From Candidatus Eiseniibacteriota bacterium (GTDB lineage Bacteria; Eisenbacteria; RBG-16-71-46), in assembly GCA_963744995.1 (NCBI GenBank), contig CAVUWA010000002.1:992001-1056000 (forward strand): 64,000 nucleotides of DNA, read 5' to 3'. The stretch's first letter is position 1. Each line of letters starts with the position of its first letter. Below are positions 22,300 through 32,152 of this stretch, piece by piece. The translations under genes were made by a program, and so were the position numbers. A model generated the notes under the pieces. The model saw nothing but the letters and a program-made list of their open reading frames with translations. It made no database searches and was not told where the DNA came from.

Positions 22300-22980
22300 A
22301 TGAAGCGAATCGCTACCCTCTTCGCCCTCGCGCTGACGCTCACGGCGGTCACCGCGTCCAGGGCCGAGTCTCCACTGCTGCTCTTCGACTATGTCGGGTT
22401 CGACTACGAGTCGCCGAACCTGAACGCCTCGATCTTCGGCGAAGTCGGCAGCGGCTACGTCGGCGTGGGCACGGTCGAGAACCTGTTCGCCCCGCTCGTG
22501 TTCGATAACGTGAACAAGCGCTACACCTACGTCTTCAGCGGGCTGACCGCGACGGCGCGCAACGTCTACGGCGACTACGTCGTCGTCGACTACTCGGGCG
22601 GCACGCTGTCCGTGTACGAGGACGACCGCGTCGGCGGGACGGACCCGCTCTACGGCGTGAACCCGCCCAACGCCACGGCGCCCGGCAACTTCAGCGACGG
22701 CACCATGATTCTGTCGGGAACGCTGTCGGGTTTTCAGATCGTGATCAACACCACGAACAATTCCGGCAGCTACAACTCGGACTTCACCGCGACCGGCGGC
22801 ACGCAGATCGACAACATCGCGCCGGGTGACCGCGACGGCTGGACGTTCTCCGGAGTGACCGGCAACGCCACGAACATCCCCCTCGGCTACGTCCATCAGG
22901 TGGACGGCCAGGTCTTCCTCACCAAGCCGACCCTGACGCGCACCTCGACCTGGGGTGGCGTGAAGGCGCTCTACCGATGA
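22300..22980 (+). CDS. Secreted beta-rich protein with C-terminal TWGGVKALYR motif
   Basis: GAGG RBS, signal peptide (SRA-E), G/T/N/Y-rich domain, ends TRTSTWGGVKALYR. Confidence 0.85.
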   Translation: MKRIATLFALALTLTAVTASRAESPLLLFDYVGFDYESPNLNASIFGEVGSGYVGVGTVENLFAPLVFDNVNKRYTYVFSGLTATARNVYGDYVVVDYSGGTLSVYEDDRVGGTDPLYGVNPPNATAPGNFSDGTMILSGTLSGFQIVINTTNNSGSYNSDFTATGGTQIDNIAPGDRDGWTFSGVTGNATNIPLGYVHQVDGQVFLTKPTLTRTSTWGGVKALYR

Positions 22981-23015
22981 CGCCGCGCCGCGAAGGACGC
23001 CGCAGAGGAGCCACC

Positions 23016-24354
23016 ATGAGAACCAAGATGACCGGGCTGACGTTGCTGGCCGCGATGCTGGTGTTTGCGAACACCGCTTCGGCGCGCATCGCGGTCGACT
23101 GGGATCCAGCCTATTTCTGGCAGACGGGGGCGACGCCGACCAATTCGCCCGCAGGCGGCGAGCTCAAGGCCGTCGGGATCATCAGCGAGTGGGGCCCGCC
23201 GTTCGACTTCCTCGACGCCAACGACCCCGCCAAGGAATACACGTTCTACATCCACGGCCTGATCTCGCAGGGCACGGTCGCGTCCGGGCCGCCTACGTCG
23301 ACGTTCTATACGACGTCGTACACGGGCGGGGTGATCGAGATCTACGAGGGATCCCCGCGCAACTCGTCGTTCGCGCCGAACCCGCCGAACGCGACGGTGC
23401 CGTCGACCTACACCGACGGCACGCTGCTGCTGTCCGGATACTTCACCTCGTTCCATACGCAGACCAACAACTTCACGTCGTTCTCCGTCGGCAATGCGGA
23501 AGGGGTCGTGCAGTTCAACGGCGGGTCGCTGCTGGATCTGTGGACCAATAACGTGGGCGAGGCGGACTGCCCCGGCCTGTTCAACGGCGGGACGACCTGG
23601 AACTCGACCGTGGTGCCGGACGGCTACCTGTTCCGGCACGACGGCAAGCTGGACCTCAACTGCCCGGACGTCGGCGAGCTGGACATCCATCCCACGTCAT
23701 GCCCGAACCCGATCAACCTCAACGGCAACGGCCTCACGCCGGTGGCGCTGCTCGGGACGCCGACCTTCGACATCTCCAAGGTCGAGCTGTCGAGCCTGCG
23801 CCTGAACGGCATCGCGCCGGTGAAGATCCAGCTGGGCGACGTGAGCCAGCCGGTCGTGGACCGCCAGGACCAGTGCGACTGCACGACCGCCGGCCCGGAC
23901 GGCTACGACGACCTCCTGCTCAAGTTCGACACGCACGAGCTCGCCGGCATCCTCGAACCGGCGAAGCCGGGCGAGACGCGGGTGATGACCCTCACCGGCA
24001 ACACCTACACCGACGGTTTCGTTCAGACGTTCACCGCGAGCGACTGCGTGAAGCTGATCGACAATTCGGGCGACGGTACGACAGCGCCGGCGGCGAATGC
24101 GCTCCAGGTGACGATGCCCGGGGCCGGGCTCGTGCCGGCACGCATCGACTACACGGTGCGTGACGAACGGCCCGGTGCAGATCAGCGTGCTCGACGTGAC
24201 CGGCCGCACCGTCGCACGGGTCGTGAACGGCTGGAACAGCGCCGGCTCGCACTCCGTGACGTGGGTGCCTGGCGGGCTCCCGAGCGGAATCTACTTCGTC
24301 CGCATGCTGGCCGACGACGAGACCCAGGTGCGCAGGGTCGCGCTGACGCACTGA
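23016..24354 (+). pseudogene. Secreted multidomain protein with FlgD-Ig/T9SS-like CTD, interrupted by a +1 frameshift near 24159
   Basis: Signal peptide; domain paralogous to 22300; DIHPTSCPNPIN...DGYDDLLLKF domain. The CTD (ISVLDVTGRTV...W...LPSGIYFVRM) lies in the next frame at 24160-24354. Confidence 0.75.
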
Positions 24355-24377
24355 CGCACGATTCGCCGGAGAACGAC

Positions 24378-24413
24378 GAGCGGGGCGGTGCCGATCCGGC
24401 GCCGCCCCGTTTC
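24378..24413. terminator. Hairpin between convergent genes (possible bidirectional terminator)
   Basis: cggggcggtgccg-atc-cggcgccgccccg followed by ttt. Confidence 0.6.
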
Positions 24414-24430
24414 GCGTGCCGCGGCGCCTC

Positions 24431-26128
24431 TCAGCGGACGGCGACGAAGCGCGTGACGATCGTGCGTCCGCCCGTCGCGAGCCTGAGGAAATAGACGCCC
24501 GGCTGGAGCCGCGTCGCACCGGCGTCCGGGTCCAGCACCAGCGAGTGCGACCCGGCAGGAAGCGGGCCCGCCGCCAGCGAACGCACCCGCCGGCCGGCCG
24601 CATCGAACAGCGCGAGGTCCACGTCCGCCGCTTCCGGAATGCCGAAGCGGATCACGGCGCGGCCGCGGGAAGGATTCGGGGAGGGCGGGGCGAGCGCGAG
24701 GCCGGCCCCCGGCGCCGCCGGAGCCACCGCGGTCGTTCCATCGAGCAGCCCCCATGCGTCCGCGTGCTGCGCCCAGATGTCCCAGTCGCCGCTGCGCGCG
24801 TCGTACCAGACGAAGAGCGCGCCGCCATTGCCGTCGCTGGCGACCACCGGCGAGAGCTGCGAGTCGTTCGCAGTCGAGACGGGCAGGCCGTCGTGCGGCC
24901 ACATGCAGGTCCCGCCAGCGTTCACGCGCTGCGCGTAGACGTCGTCGCCGAGGGCGCGCTGGTCCTGCCAGGCGACGATCGCCCCGCCGCCGCCGTCGGT
25001 GATGATCGAAGGCAGGGACTCGTAGCCGCCTGCCGTACACAGGCGCAGGCCGTCCGTCTCCCAGAGCGACACGCCGTCCGGTCCGATCCGCTGCGCGAAG
25101 ATGTCCACGGTCGTGTCGCTGCGCGAATCCTCCCATGCGACCACGGCGCCGCCGGCGCCGTCGGCAGTCACGACCGGAAACAGCTGGTAGGAGGCGGCGC
25201 TGCACGCGGCGACGCCGTCGGCGGCCCACAGGGGGAGCCCGCCCGGGCCGATGCGCTGCGCGTAGATGTCGGCGAGCCCCGCATCGCGCTCGTCGGACCA
25301 CACCGCGATCACGCCGCCGGCGCCGTCGCCGACCGCGTGGACGTCGTACTGGCCGCCCGCTGCGGTGCACACCGGCACGCCGGCCGTCGCCCAGAGCTGC
25401 GCGCCGGAAGCGCTCAGGTGCTGGGCGTAGAGGTCGCCCGCGCCGCTCGAGCGCTGATCGCGCCAGATGGCGATCGCCCCCGCGCCGCCGTCGCGAACCA
25501 GCGCGGGCGACGTCTGCGTGCCGGCTGCGTCGCACACCACCACACCGTTCAGACCCCAGGTGGGCGCGCCCGCCGCGGTCACGTGCTGCGCATAGAGATC
25601 GCCTTCGGGGCCAAAACGGTAGTCCTCCCAGATCGCGATGACGCCGCCCAGGCTGTCGGCCGCGAGCTGGATGCCGAGCTGCGGCTGGCCATCGTCGCAG
25701 ATCGGCAGTCCTCCGGCCGTCCACAGCGCTGCGCCCGCGGGGGAGAGGCGCTGCACGTAGACGTCGCCGTTGCCGTTGCGGTAGTCGGTCCAGCCGAGGA
25801 TCGCACCGCCCGCGCCGTCGGTCACGATGCTCGGCAGCGACTGGAACGCCGCGGCGATGCATACCGCGACGCCGCCGGCCGTCCACATGGGCGTGCCGTC
25901 GGGCCCGATGCGTTGTGCGTAGATGTCGGAGTCGGAGCCACTGCGGTAGTCGGTCCAGGCGACGATCGCGCCGCCCGCGCCGTCGGACACCATCACCGGG
26001 TCGCTCTGCTCGCCGGGCGTGACGACCACCGGCACGTTGGCGAAAGCGGCGCCGGGCGCGAGCGCGATCAGCGCGAGGATCAGCGCCCGCGCGGCGCGGC
26101 GCGTGAACGGGAGAGATGGCGATGGCAT
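24431..26128 (-). CDS. Secreted 8-repeat (beta-propeller-like) protein with FlgD-Ig/T9SS-like CTD
   Basis: Signal peptide (AFA-N); eight repeats of about 55 aa 'DGAGGAI.AW.D.R....DIYAQR....G...W...G..VC'; tail PSPNPSRG...FDAAGRRVR...PGVYFLRL. Confidence 0.85.
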   Translation of the reverse strand: MPSPSLPFTRRAARALILALIALAPGAAFANVPVVVTPGEQSDPVMVSDGAGGAIVAWTDYRSGSDSDIYAQRIGPDGTPMWTAGGVAVCIAAAFQSLPSIVTDGAGGAILGWTDYRNGNGDVYVQRLSPAGAALWTAGGLPICDDGQPQLGIQLAADSLGGVIAIWEDYRFGPEGDLYAQHVTAAGAPTWGLNGVVVCDAAGTQTSPALVRDGGAGAIAIWRDQRSSGAGDLYAQHLSASGAQLWATAGVPVCTAAGGQYDVHAVGDGAGGVIAVWSDERDAGLADIYAQRIGPGGLPLWAADGVAACSAASYQLFPVVTADGAGGAVVAWEDSRSDTTVDIFAQRIGPDGVSLWETDGLRLCTAGGYESLPSIITDGGGGAIVAWQDQRALGDDVYAQRVNAGGTCMWPHDGLPVSTANDSQLSPVVASDGNGGALFVWYDARSGDWDIWAQHADAWGLLDGTTAVAPAAPGAGLALAPPSPNPSRGRAVIRFGIPEAADVDLALFDAAGRRVRSLAAGPLPAGSHSLVLDPDAGATRLQPGVYFLRLATGGRTIVTRFVAVR

Positions 26129-26465
26129 GGAGGTCCGATCCTCGGGCGCGGGTGAACGTGCGTGATCCGGATGCACGCTCCGAAAGGGCGGGATCGGAGT
26201 CGCTGTGACCACCTCAATGGTGCACGGTCGCGCGCGCCCGGGGCAAGCGCGAAGCGCGGCCCTTGATCGGGCTTCTTGCGAAACCCGTTGCATTTCGCGG
26301 TGCGCACCGTGGCCCGGCGAACGCACGCGCGGAGCGGGCGTCCAGGCGGGGGCGGCGCACCGCGGACCGGGACCCCGGTCGGCCGCTCACCTGCGAAGAC
26401 GGGCGGCCGGTGGGCCGCCCGTCATGAAGCGCATGCGTCCACGGCGGCGTCCGCGCGGTCGCGAC

Positions 26466-27551
26466 TCAGGCTCTGGCGCCCGGCACCTGCGCCTCGCTCA
26501 GCGCCTCGATCACCAGGTCTCCGATCGCGCTCGTCGACAGCCCGGAATCCGAGCCCACCGAAGGAATTCGCTTCGAGCGCAGCAGCCCGGCCACGGCATC
26601 TTCGATCCGCGCGGCGCCGCGTGTCTCGCCGACGTAGTCGAGCATCATCTGCACGGCGAGCATGGTCGCGATCGGGTTCGCCACGTTCTTGCCCGCGTAC
26701 TTGGGCGCCGAACCGTGGATCGGTTCGAACAGGCTCACGCGGCCCGGATGCAGGTTGCCCGAGGCCGCGACACCCATGCCGCCCTGAATCATCGCCGCCA
26801 GGTCGGTGAGGATGTCGCCGAACATGTTGCTGGTCACGACGGTGTCGAACCATTCGGGGTTCTTCACGCACCACATGCACGCCGCGTCGACGTAGGCGTG
26901 CTCGCGCGCGATGTCGGGATACTCCGCACCGACTTCCTCAAACGTGCGGGTCCAGAGGCTCATCGCCCGTACGGCGTTCGCCTTGTCCACCATCGTCAGC
27001 TTCTTCCCCTTGCCACGGCGGCGTGCGAGGTCGAAGGCGTAGCGGATCACCCGTTCGGTGCCCTTGCGCGTGAAGATCATCTGCTGGGTCGCGACCTCGT
27101 CCGGCGTGCCCTGCTTGAAGTGCCCGTAGGCGCCCGCGTAGGCGTCCTCCGTGTTTTCGCGGATCACCACGAAGTCCACGTCGTCCGGGGTCTTGTCCTT
27201 GAGCGGGCACAGGTGCGCGGCGTAGAGCTTCACCGGCCGCAGGTTCACGTACAGATCGAGCTGGAAGCGCATGCGGGCGATGATGCCGAACTCGAGGTAT
27301 CCGACCGGAATGCGCGGATCGCCGATCGCCCCGAGCAGGATCGCGTCCTGCTGCTTCACCTCCTCGAAGGCGCTGTCGGGGAACACTTCCTGCGTCTTCA
27401 GGTAGTGCTCCGCGCCGAACGGATACGACGTCGTCTTCACGGTGAAGCCTTCGATCGCGGCCACACGCTCGAGGACACGGAGGCCCTCGCGCGTCACCTC
27501 CGGCCCGATGCCGTCCCCCGCGATCACTGCCACCTGGTATGACCTGGACAC
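26466..27551 (-). CDS. leuB: 3-isopropylmalate dehydrogenase (isocitrate/isopropylmalate/tartrate dehydrogenase family)
   Basis: [54 protein letters not shown]; substrate not provable from sequence. Confidence 0.85.
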   Translation of the reverse strand: MSRSYQVAVIAGDGIGPEVTREGLRVLERVAAIEGFTVKTTSYPFGAEHYLKTQEVFPDSAFEEVKQQDAILLGAIGDPRIPVGYLEFGIIARMRFQLDLYVNLRPVKLYAAHLCPLKDKTPDDVDFVVIRENTEDAYAGAYGHFKQGTPDEVATQQMIFTRKGTERVIRYAFDLARRRGKGKKLTMVDKANAVRAMSLWTRTFEEVGAEYPDIAREHAYVDAACMWCVKNPEWFDTVVTSNMFGDILTDLAAMIQGGMGVAASGNLHPGRVSLFEPIHGSAPKYAGKNVANPIATMLAVQMMLDYVGETRGAARIEDAVAGLLRSKRIPSVGSDSGLSTSAIGDLVIEALSEAQVPGARA

Positions 27552-27600
27552 GCCAGACTCCTTTCCAAAAGCCACGTGGCCGCACGCGGCGGCCGGAACC

Positions 27601-28701
27601 TCAGGGTTGCGCTTGTTCGTAGCGGACCGTGACCCAGACCGGCTGCGCCTCGCCGTGCAGCATGGCCGGAGTGTATTGCCATTCGAGCAGCGAACGGATC
27701 ACCGCTTCGAGCCACGGTTCCGGAACCGAGCCGACCGGCAGCCACGGCAGGTCGTTGAGCACCGGGTGGCCCTTCGTGTCGAGGAACACGCTCATCATCA
27801 GCGGCGGCGGGACCTTCTCCATGTGCAGGTCGGACGGGAAATCCGGCTCGACCTTGCGCACGAGTTTCGCCGGGACCTCCATCTGCCTGAACTGCTCGAG
27901 CTTCGGCGCGTCGGGACTCGTCAGCTCGGCCACGCGCCGCAGCCCGAAGAAGAACTGGGCGGGCAGCGTATCGGGCTTGACCGGCAGCCGGCATCGCACG
28001 AGTGCGACGGCGGGCTCGGTCCACGAGGTGTCGCGGCGCAGCGCTTCGCGGAACGCCCGCTCGGCCGCAGGCCGATGTCCCTGCTGCCAGGCGAGCACGC
28101 CGGCGAGGTAGGCAGGCTCGGGCAACATCGGGTCGAGCTCGGCCGCGTGCAGGGCGTCGCGCAGCGCCTGGCCCGGCTGTCCTGCGTGTGCCTCGCAGGT
28201 CGCGAGCAGGTGCCATTCCTTGCCCGAGAGCGGCTGCGCCTCCACCGCCGTCCGTGCCGCGCTCAGGGCCTCCTCCCAGCGGCCGAGCCGCGCCGCGACC
28301 TCCGCGCGCGCGCGCGCGATGGTCCAGTGCCAGCCGGTGAACCTGCCGTCGAGCCAGCTGCCCTCGCGTCCCCAGAAATAGGGGACGCGGCGCTCCAGCG
28401 GCAGGGTGTCGAGTATCGCCGCGGTCATCAGCGGGCTCCAGAGTCGCACGGCCGCGGAATCCAGCCGGCCGATGCGCGCCTCGTTGAGTGCGATCGCCAG
28501 ATCCAGATCCGCGTCGGGCGCAGTGCGTGCACGCAGCGCCTTCATGAGATCCAGCGCACGCCCGTATGCGCCAAGGTCCTCCATGTCGCGGGCGCTGCTC
28601 GCGCGATCCTGGAGCGCCTGCGGCGGCGCCTGCGCGGCCGCAGGGCCGGCGGCGAGCGCGAGGGCCATGAACAGGCCGGCGAAAGCGGACGAGCGTCTCA
28701 T
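27601..28701 (-). CDS. Exported TPR protein with TonB C-terminal-like domain
   Basis: Signal peptide (AAA-Q), TPR helices, tail 'RKVEPDFP...VFLDTKG...EWQYTPAMLHGEAQPVWVTVRY'; ATGA overlap with the leuA-like gene. Confidence 0.7.
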   Translation of the reverse strand: MRRSSAFAGLFMALALAAGPAAAQAPPQALQDRASSARDMEDLGAYGRALDLMKALRARTAPDADLDLAIALNEARIGRLDSAAVRLWSPLMTAAILDTLPLERRVPYFWGREGSWLDGRFTGWHWTIARARAEVAARLGRWEEALSAARTAVEAQPLSGKEWHLLATCEAHAGQPGQALRDALHAAELDPMLPEPAYLAGVLAWQQGHRPAAERAFREALRRDTSWTEPAVALVRCRLPVKPDTLPAQFFFGLRRVAELTSPDAPKLEQFRQMEVPAKLVRKVEPDFPSDLHMEKVPPPLMMSVFLDTKGHPVLNDLPWLPVGSVPEPWLEAVIRSLLEWQYTPAMLHGEAQPVWVTVRYEQAQP

Positions 28702-29942
28702 CCCGAGATGCGGGTTTCGTCGAGCGCGTCGAGGACGCGGCGGATCTCTGCGGGAGTCAGAATCCGGTTCACGCTCTTCGCGCGCTGGAAGACCGCCTTC
28801 ACGCGCTCCGCCGTGGGCTCGATCCCCTGCTGCTCGAGCCAGAAGATCACGTTGCTCTCGCCGCTCATCGGGCCGACTTCGATCTCCTGCCGCCGGCCGA
28901 CCAGGCTCGCGGGCACGCCCGAGTAGACGCGGTCGGCGAGCCAGTCCTCGCCCTTGCGGTAGGCCTTGATCACCGCGGCGGCGTGCACGCCGGTGCCGGT
29001 GCGGAACGCGTCGGCGCCGACCACCGGATAGTTGGGCGGAATCGGCACGCCGGTCGTGCGGCTCGTGAGCGCGCAGTACTCGGGCAGCGCCGACAGATCG
29101 TTGTCGATCCAGCCCAGCAGCCGGAGGTTCACGAGCAGCTGGTCCATGGGCGTGTTGCCGACCCGCTCGCCGATGCCGATCGCGCAGCCGTGCACGCGCG
29201 TCGCGCCGGCACGGATCGCGGCCAGCGTGTTGACGACCGCGAGACCCCTGTCGCAGTGGCCGTGCCAGTCGAGCTCCACGAGCTCGCCGCTCTCGCGCAC
29301 CACGTCCGCCGCGAACCGCACCAGATTGGCGGCACCGGTCGGCGTCGCGTGGCCCACGGTGTCGCAGAGGCAGAGCCGCTTCGCGCCACAGCGGATCGCG
29401 GCGAGGAACAGCCGGCGCAGCGTCTCCGGATGCGCGCGCACCGTGTCTTCGGTGACGTACATCACCGGCAGGCCGTTCTCGACCGCGTAGGTCACCGCCT
29501 CCTCGGTGTGACGCAGCATGACGTCCACGGTCCAGTTCTCGGCGTACTGGCGGATCGGCGAGGAACCGATGAACGTGCACACCTCGATCGGAATCCCGAC
29601 CTTCTGCGACACCTCGATCACCGGAGTGATGTCCTGCCTGAGGGTGCGCGCCGCACAGTTCGCGCGCACGGACAGTTTCGCGTCGCGGATTTCCTGCGCG
29701 AGCCGGGTGACGTCCTGCACGACGTGCGGGCCGGCGCCCGGAAGGCCGATGTCGGCGGTATCGATGCCGAGCTGGTCGATCAGGTGGAGGAGGCGGATCT
29801 TGTCGTCGATCGCCGGGCTCCTGACCGAGGGCGACTGCAGGCCGTCACGCAGAGTCTCGTCGTCGAACTGGACCCGGAAGGGCGGCTTTTCCCAGCGCTC
29901 TCCGGCGAGGTTCCAGTCGTAGATCAGCTCGTTTTCCTGCAT
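28698..29942 (-). CDS. leuA: 2-isopropylmalate/homocitrate synthase family (DRE-TIM), lacking the C-terminal regulatory domain
   Basis: DETLRDGLQ, LCDTVG, HGHCDRGLA, GIGERVGN, PVVGADAF, GPMSGESN; 414 aa. Confidence 0.8.
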   Translation of the reverse strand: MQENELIYDWNLAGERWEKPPFRVQFDDETLRDGLQSPSVRSPAIDDKIRLLHLIDQLGIDTADIGLPGAGPHVVQDVTRLAQEIRDAKLSVRANCAARTLRQDITPVIEVSQKVGIPIEVCTFIGSSPIRQYAENWTVDVMLRHTEEAVTYAVENGLPVMYVTEDTVRAHPETLRRLFLAAIRCGAKRLCLCDTVGHATPTGAANLVRFAADVVRESGELVELDWHGHCDRGLAVVNTLAAIRAGATRVHGCAIGIGERVGNTPMDQLLVNLRLLGWIDNDLSALPEYCALTSRTTGVPIPPNYPVVGADAFRTGTGVHAAAVIKAYRKGEDWLADRVYSGVPASLVGRRQEIEVGPMSGESNVIFWLEQQGIEPTAERVKAVFQRAKSVNRILTPAEIRRVLDALDETRISG

Positions 29943-30147
29943 GGCGGTCCTCACGGTTGAGAATGGGCCGTCGGACGATCCGGGCGACAAGTAAACCGCC
30001 GCCGGGCCCGCGGGGCAAGCGGCGACGGGCGTCGCCGCAACACGTTCCGTCAAAGGCACGAAAATTGATCATCGGCCGCGGCGGCGCCGCGCGGCAACGG
30101 TTTCGCGCGGCCGGTCGTGCAATCCACCACTCGGACGGTGCATTCCC

Positions 30148-32088
30148 ATGCGGCTTCCCTCGATCCTCGTCACCGTGCTCGCCCTCGCCGGCGCGGCCCC
30201 CGCATTCGCGCAGAACGCTTCGGCGCCCGGCGCGCTCGAGCTCTATCCGACCCTCGAGGCGATCGGGGCGCGGCTCGCCTGCCCGGGCGATGCCGACGCC
30301 GACGCGGTGGCCCATCTGGAGTGGCGTGCCGCCGGGGCGTCCGCGTGGAACACCGGTGTGGCCATGACCCGCATCACGGGGAGCCGCTGGGCAGGGAGCG
30401 TCATGTGGCTTTCGCCCGGCACCGCGTACGAGGTCCGCGCGGTCGTCGACGATCCCGATGGCGGCGGCAGCGCGAGCGCCACGGTCACCACGCGCACGGC
30501 GCCGCTCGCCCCGACCGGCGGCCGGGTCCTGTGGGTGGCCGTGAACGGCAGCGACACGCAGGACGGCTCGAGCGGCACGCCGCTCGCGACCCTGCAGGCC
30601 GCGGCCGATCGTGCGCAGCCCGGTGACCAGATCCGGGTGCGTCCGGGGGTCTACTACCAGACCCTCGACGCAAGCCGTGCCGGCACCGCGGGTGCGCCGA
30701 TCGCGCTGATCGCCGACGGCCCCGGTGTGGTGCTCGACGGCGCCGACCCCGCCTACCTCGCACGCGGCGACTGGGTGAGCGAAGGCGGCGGCGTATGGAG
30801 CGTCCCCTACGCCGGGTCCACGCGGCTGGTCGCCGCCGACGGCGGCGAACGGCTCTACCACCACGCCGACCTCGCGGCGCTCCAGGCGGGCGCGCTCGGC
30901 GTGCCGCAGGGCTGGACGACCGCCGCCGGACGTCTCTACGTGCGGCTCGAGGACGGCGGCTCGCCGGCCGCGCGCACGATGTTCGTGGCGCGCTCGCAGA
31001 CCGGCATCTTCATCGGCGCCTCGTGGTGGCAGGTGCGCGGCTTCGAGGTGCGGCACTTCGGTGTCGCGAGCGGCGGCGCCGGCATCCGCGTGCACGACGG
31101 CACCGGCTGCGTGATCGCGGACAACGCCGTCCATACCATGGGGGGCCGTCCGATCTTCCTCACCGGCGCCTCGTCGGACGCGCTGGTCGAGCGCAACACG
31201 GTCTACGATCCGCGCATCGACACGTGGCCGTGGGCCGCGGTCAAGGCGCACTGGGAGGAGATCACCGGGATCTCCGATCGCGGCGGCCGCGGGCACGTGA
31301 TCCGCGACAACACGGTGACCGGGCTGTTCAACGGCATCGACGGCCGCGACGGCGATACCGACGAGGACGTCGCATCCGACTGCGACATCTACGACAACCT
31401 GCTCACGCGCATCGGCGACGACGCCCTGGAGATCGACGTCGTCTCGGGCATCAACGTGCGGATCTGGAACAACCGGCTCGACGACGTCTACGTCGGCTTC
31501 TCGCTCGCGCCGATCATGCAGGGTCCGACGTACGTGCTCTACAACACCTGCTCGAACGTGCGGCGCAGCGGCTTCAAGTTCTCGCTGCTCAGCACCGGCG
31601 AGGGCTGGATCTGCCACAACACGATCGCCTGCACGCGCAGCCAGACCTCGTCCGTGCATCCGAGCGGCGAGTACTGGAACATGCGCTTCCGCAACAATGT
31701 GCTCACCGGTGTGAGCCGGGCCCCGGTCAACGACGACGCCGGCGAATCGCAGACCGGCAACGATTTCGACCACGACCTGCTGTTCGCGAACGGCGGGACG
31801 CTGTTCCGCTGGCAGGGCGTGAACTACGGCACCCTCGCCGCGCTGCGCAGCGCCACCGGCTTCGAAGCCGGCGGCCGCGCCGGGGATCCGCTGTTCGTGA
31901 ACGCCGCCGCGGGCGACTGGTCGCTCGCCGCGGGCAGCCCGGCGCTGGACGGCGGGATGCGCCTCCCGGGGATCAACGACACCTTCGCCGGCGCCGCGCC
32001 CGACATCGGCGCGCACGAGCGCGGCGTCGCGCCGGCGCCCGACACCACGCCGCCCGCGGCGATCGTGGATCTCGGCTCGAGCGAGTGA
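30148..32088 (+). CDS. Secreted right-handed parallel beta-helix protein (pectin-lyase-like fold)
   Basis: Signal peptide; FN3-like N-terminus (LSPGTAYEVR); 'GSD..DGS...PLATLQAA...PGD.I.V.PG.Y'; repeated I.DN/YNN/HNT coils; APDIGAHE. Confidence 0.8.
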   Translation: MRLPSILVTVLALAGAAPAFAQNASAPGALELYPTLEAIGARLACPGDADADAVAHLEWRAAGASAWNTGVAMTRITGSRWAGSVMWLSPGTAYEVRAVVDDPDGGGSASATVTTRTAPLAPTGGRVLWVAVNGSDTQDGSSGTPLATLQAAADRAQPGDQIRVRPGVYYQTLDASRAGTAGAPIALIADGPGVVLDGADPAYLARGDWVSEGGGVWSVPYAGSTRLVAADGGERLYHHADLAALQAGALGVPQGWTTAAGRLYVRLEDGGSPAARTMFVARSQTGIFIGASWWQVRGFEVRHFGVASGGAGIRVHDGTGCVIADNAVHTMGGRPIFLTGASSDALVERNTVYDPRIDTWPWAAVKAHWEEITGISDRGGRGHVIRDNTVTGLFNGIDGRDGDTDEDVASDCDIYDNLLTRIGDDALEIDVVSGINVRIWNNRLDDVYVGFSLAPIMQGPTYVLYNTCSNVRRSGFKFSLLSTGEGWICHNTIACTRSQTSSVHPSGEYWNMRFRNNVLTGVSRAPVNDDAGESQTGNDFDHDLLFANGGTLFRWQGVNYGTLAALRSATGFEAGGRAGDPLFVNAAAGDWSLAAGSPALDGGMRLPGINDTFAGAAPDIGAHERGVAPAPDTTPPAAIVDLGSSE

Positions 32089-32152
32089 CCGCCGGCCGCA
32101 GCCGGGACCCCATGACGGGCCCGGCGCCGGCACGGTCCACCGGCCGGCGCGG

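Noticed and set aside
24431..26128. Periodic DNA repeats as a CRISPR array
   Set aside because: They are degenerate in-frame protein repeats of about 165 bp; no identical repeats with unique spacers and no cas genes.
30054..30106. Sigma54-like motifs upstream of the beta-helix gene
   Set aside because: One has GA instead of GC at -12 and the other lacks the GGCAC/TTGC context; too weak at this GC content.
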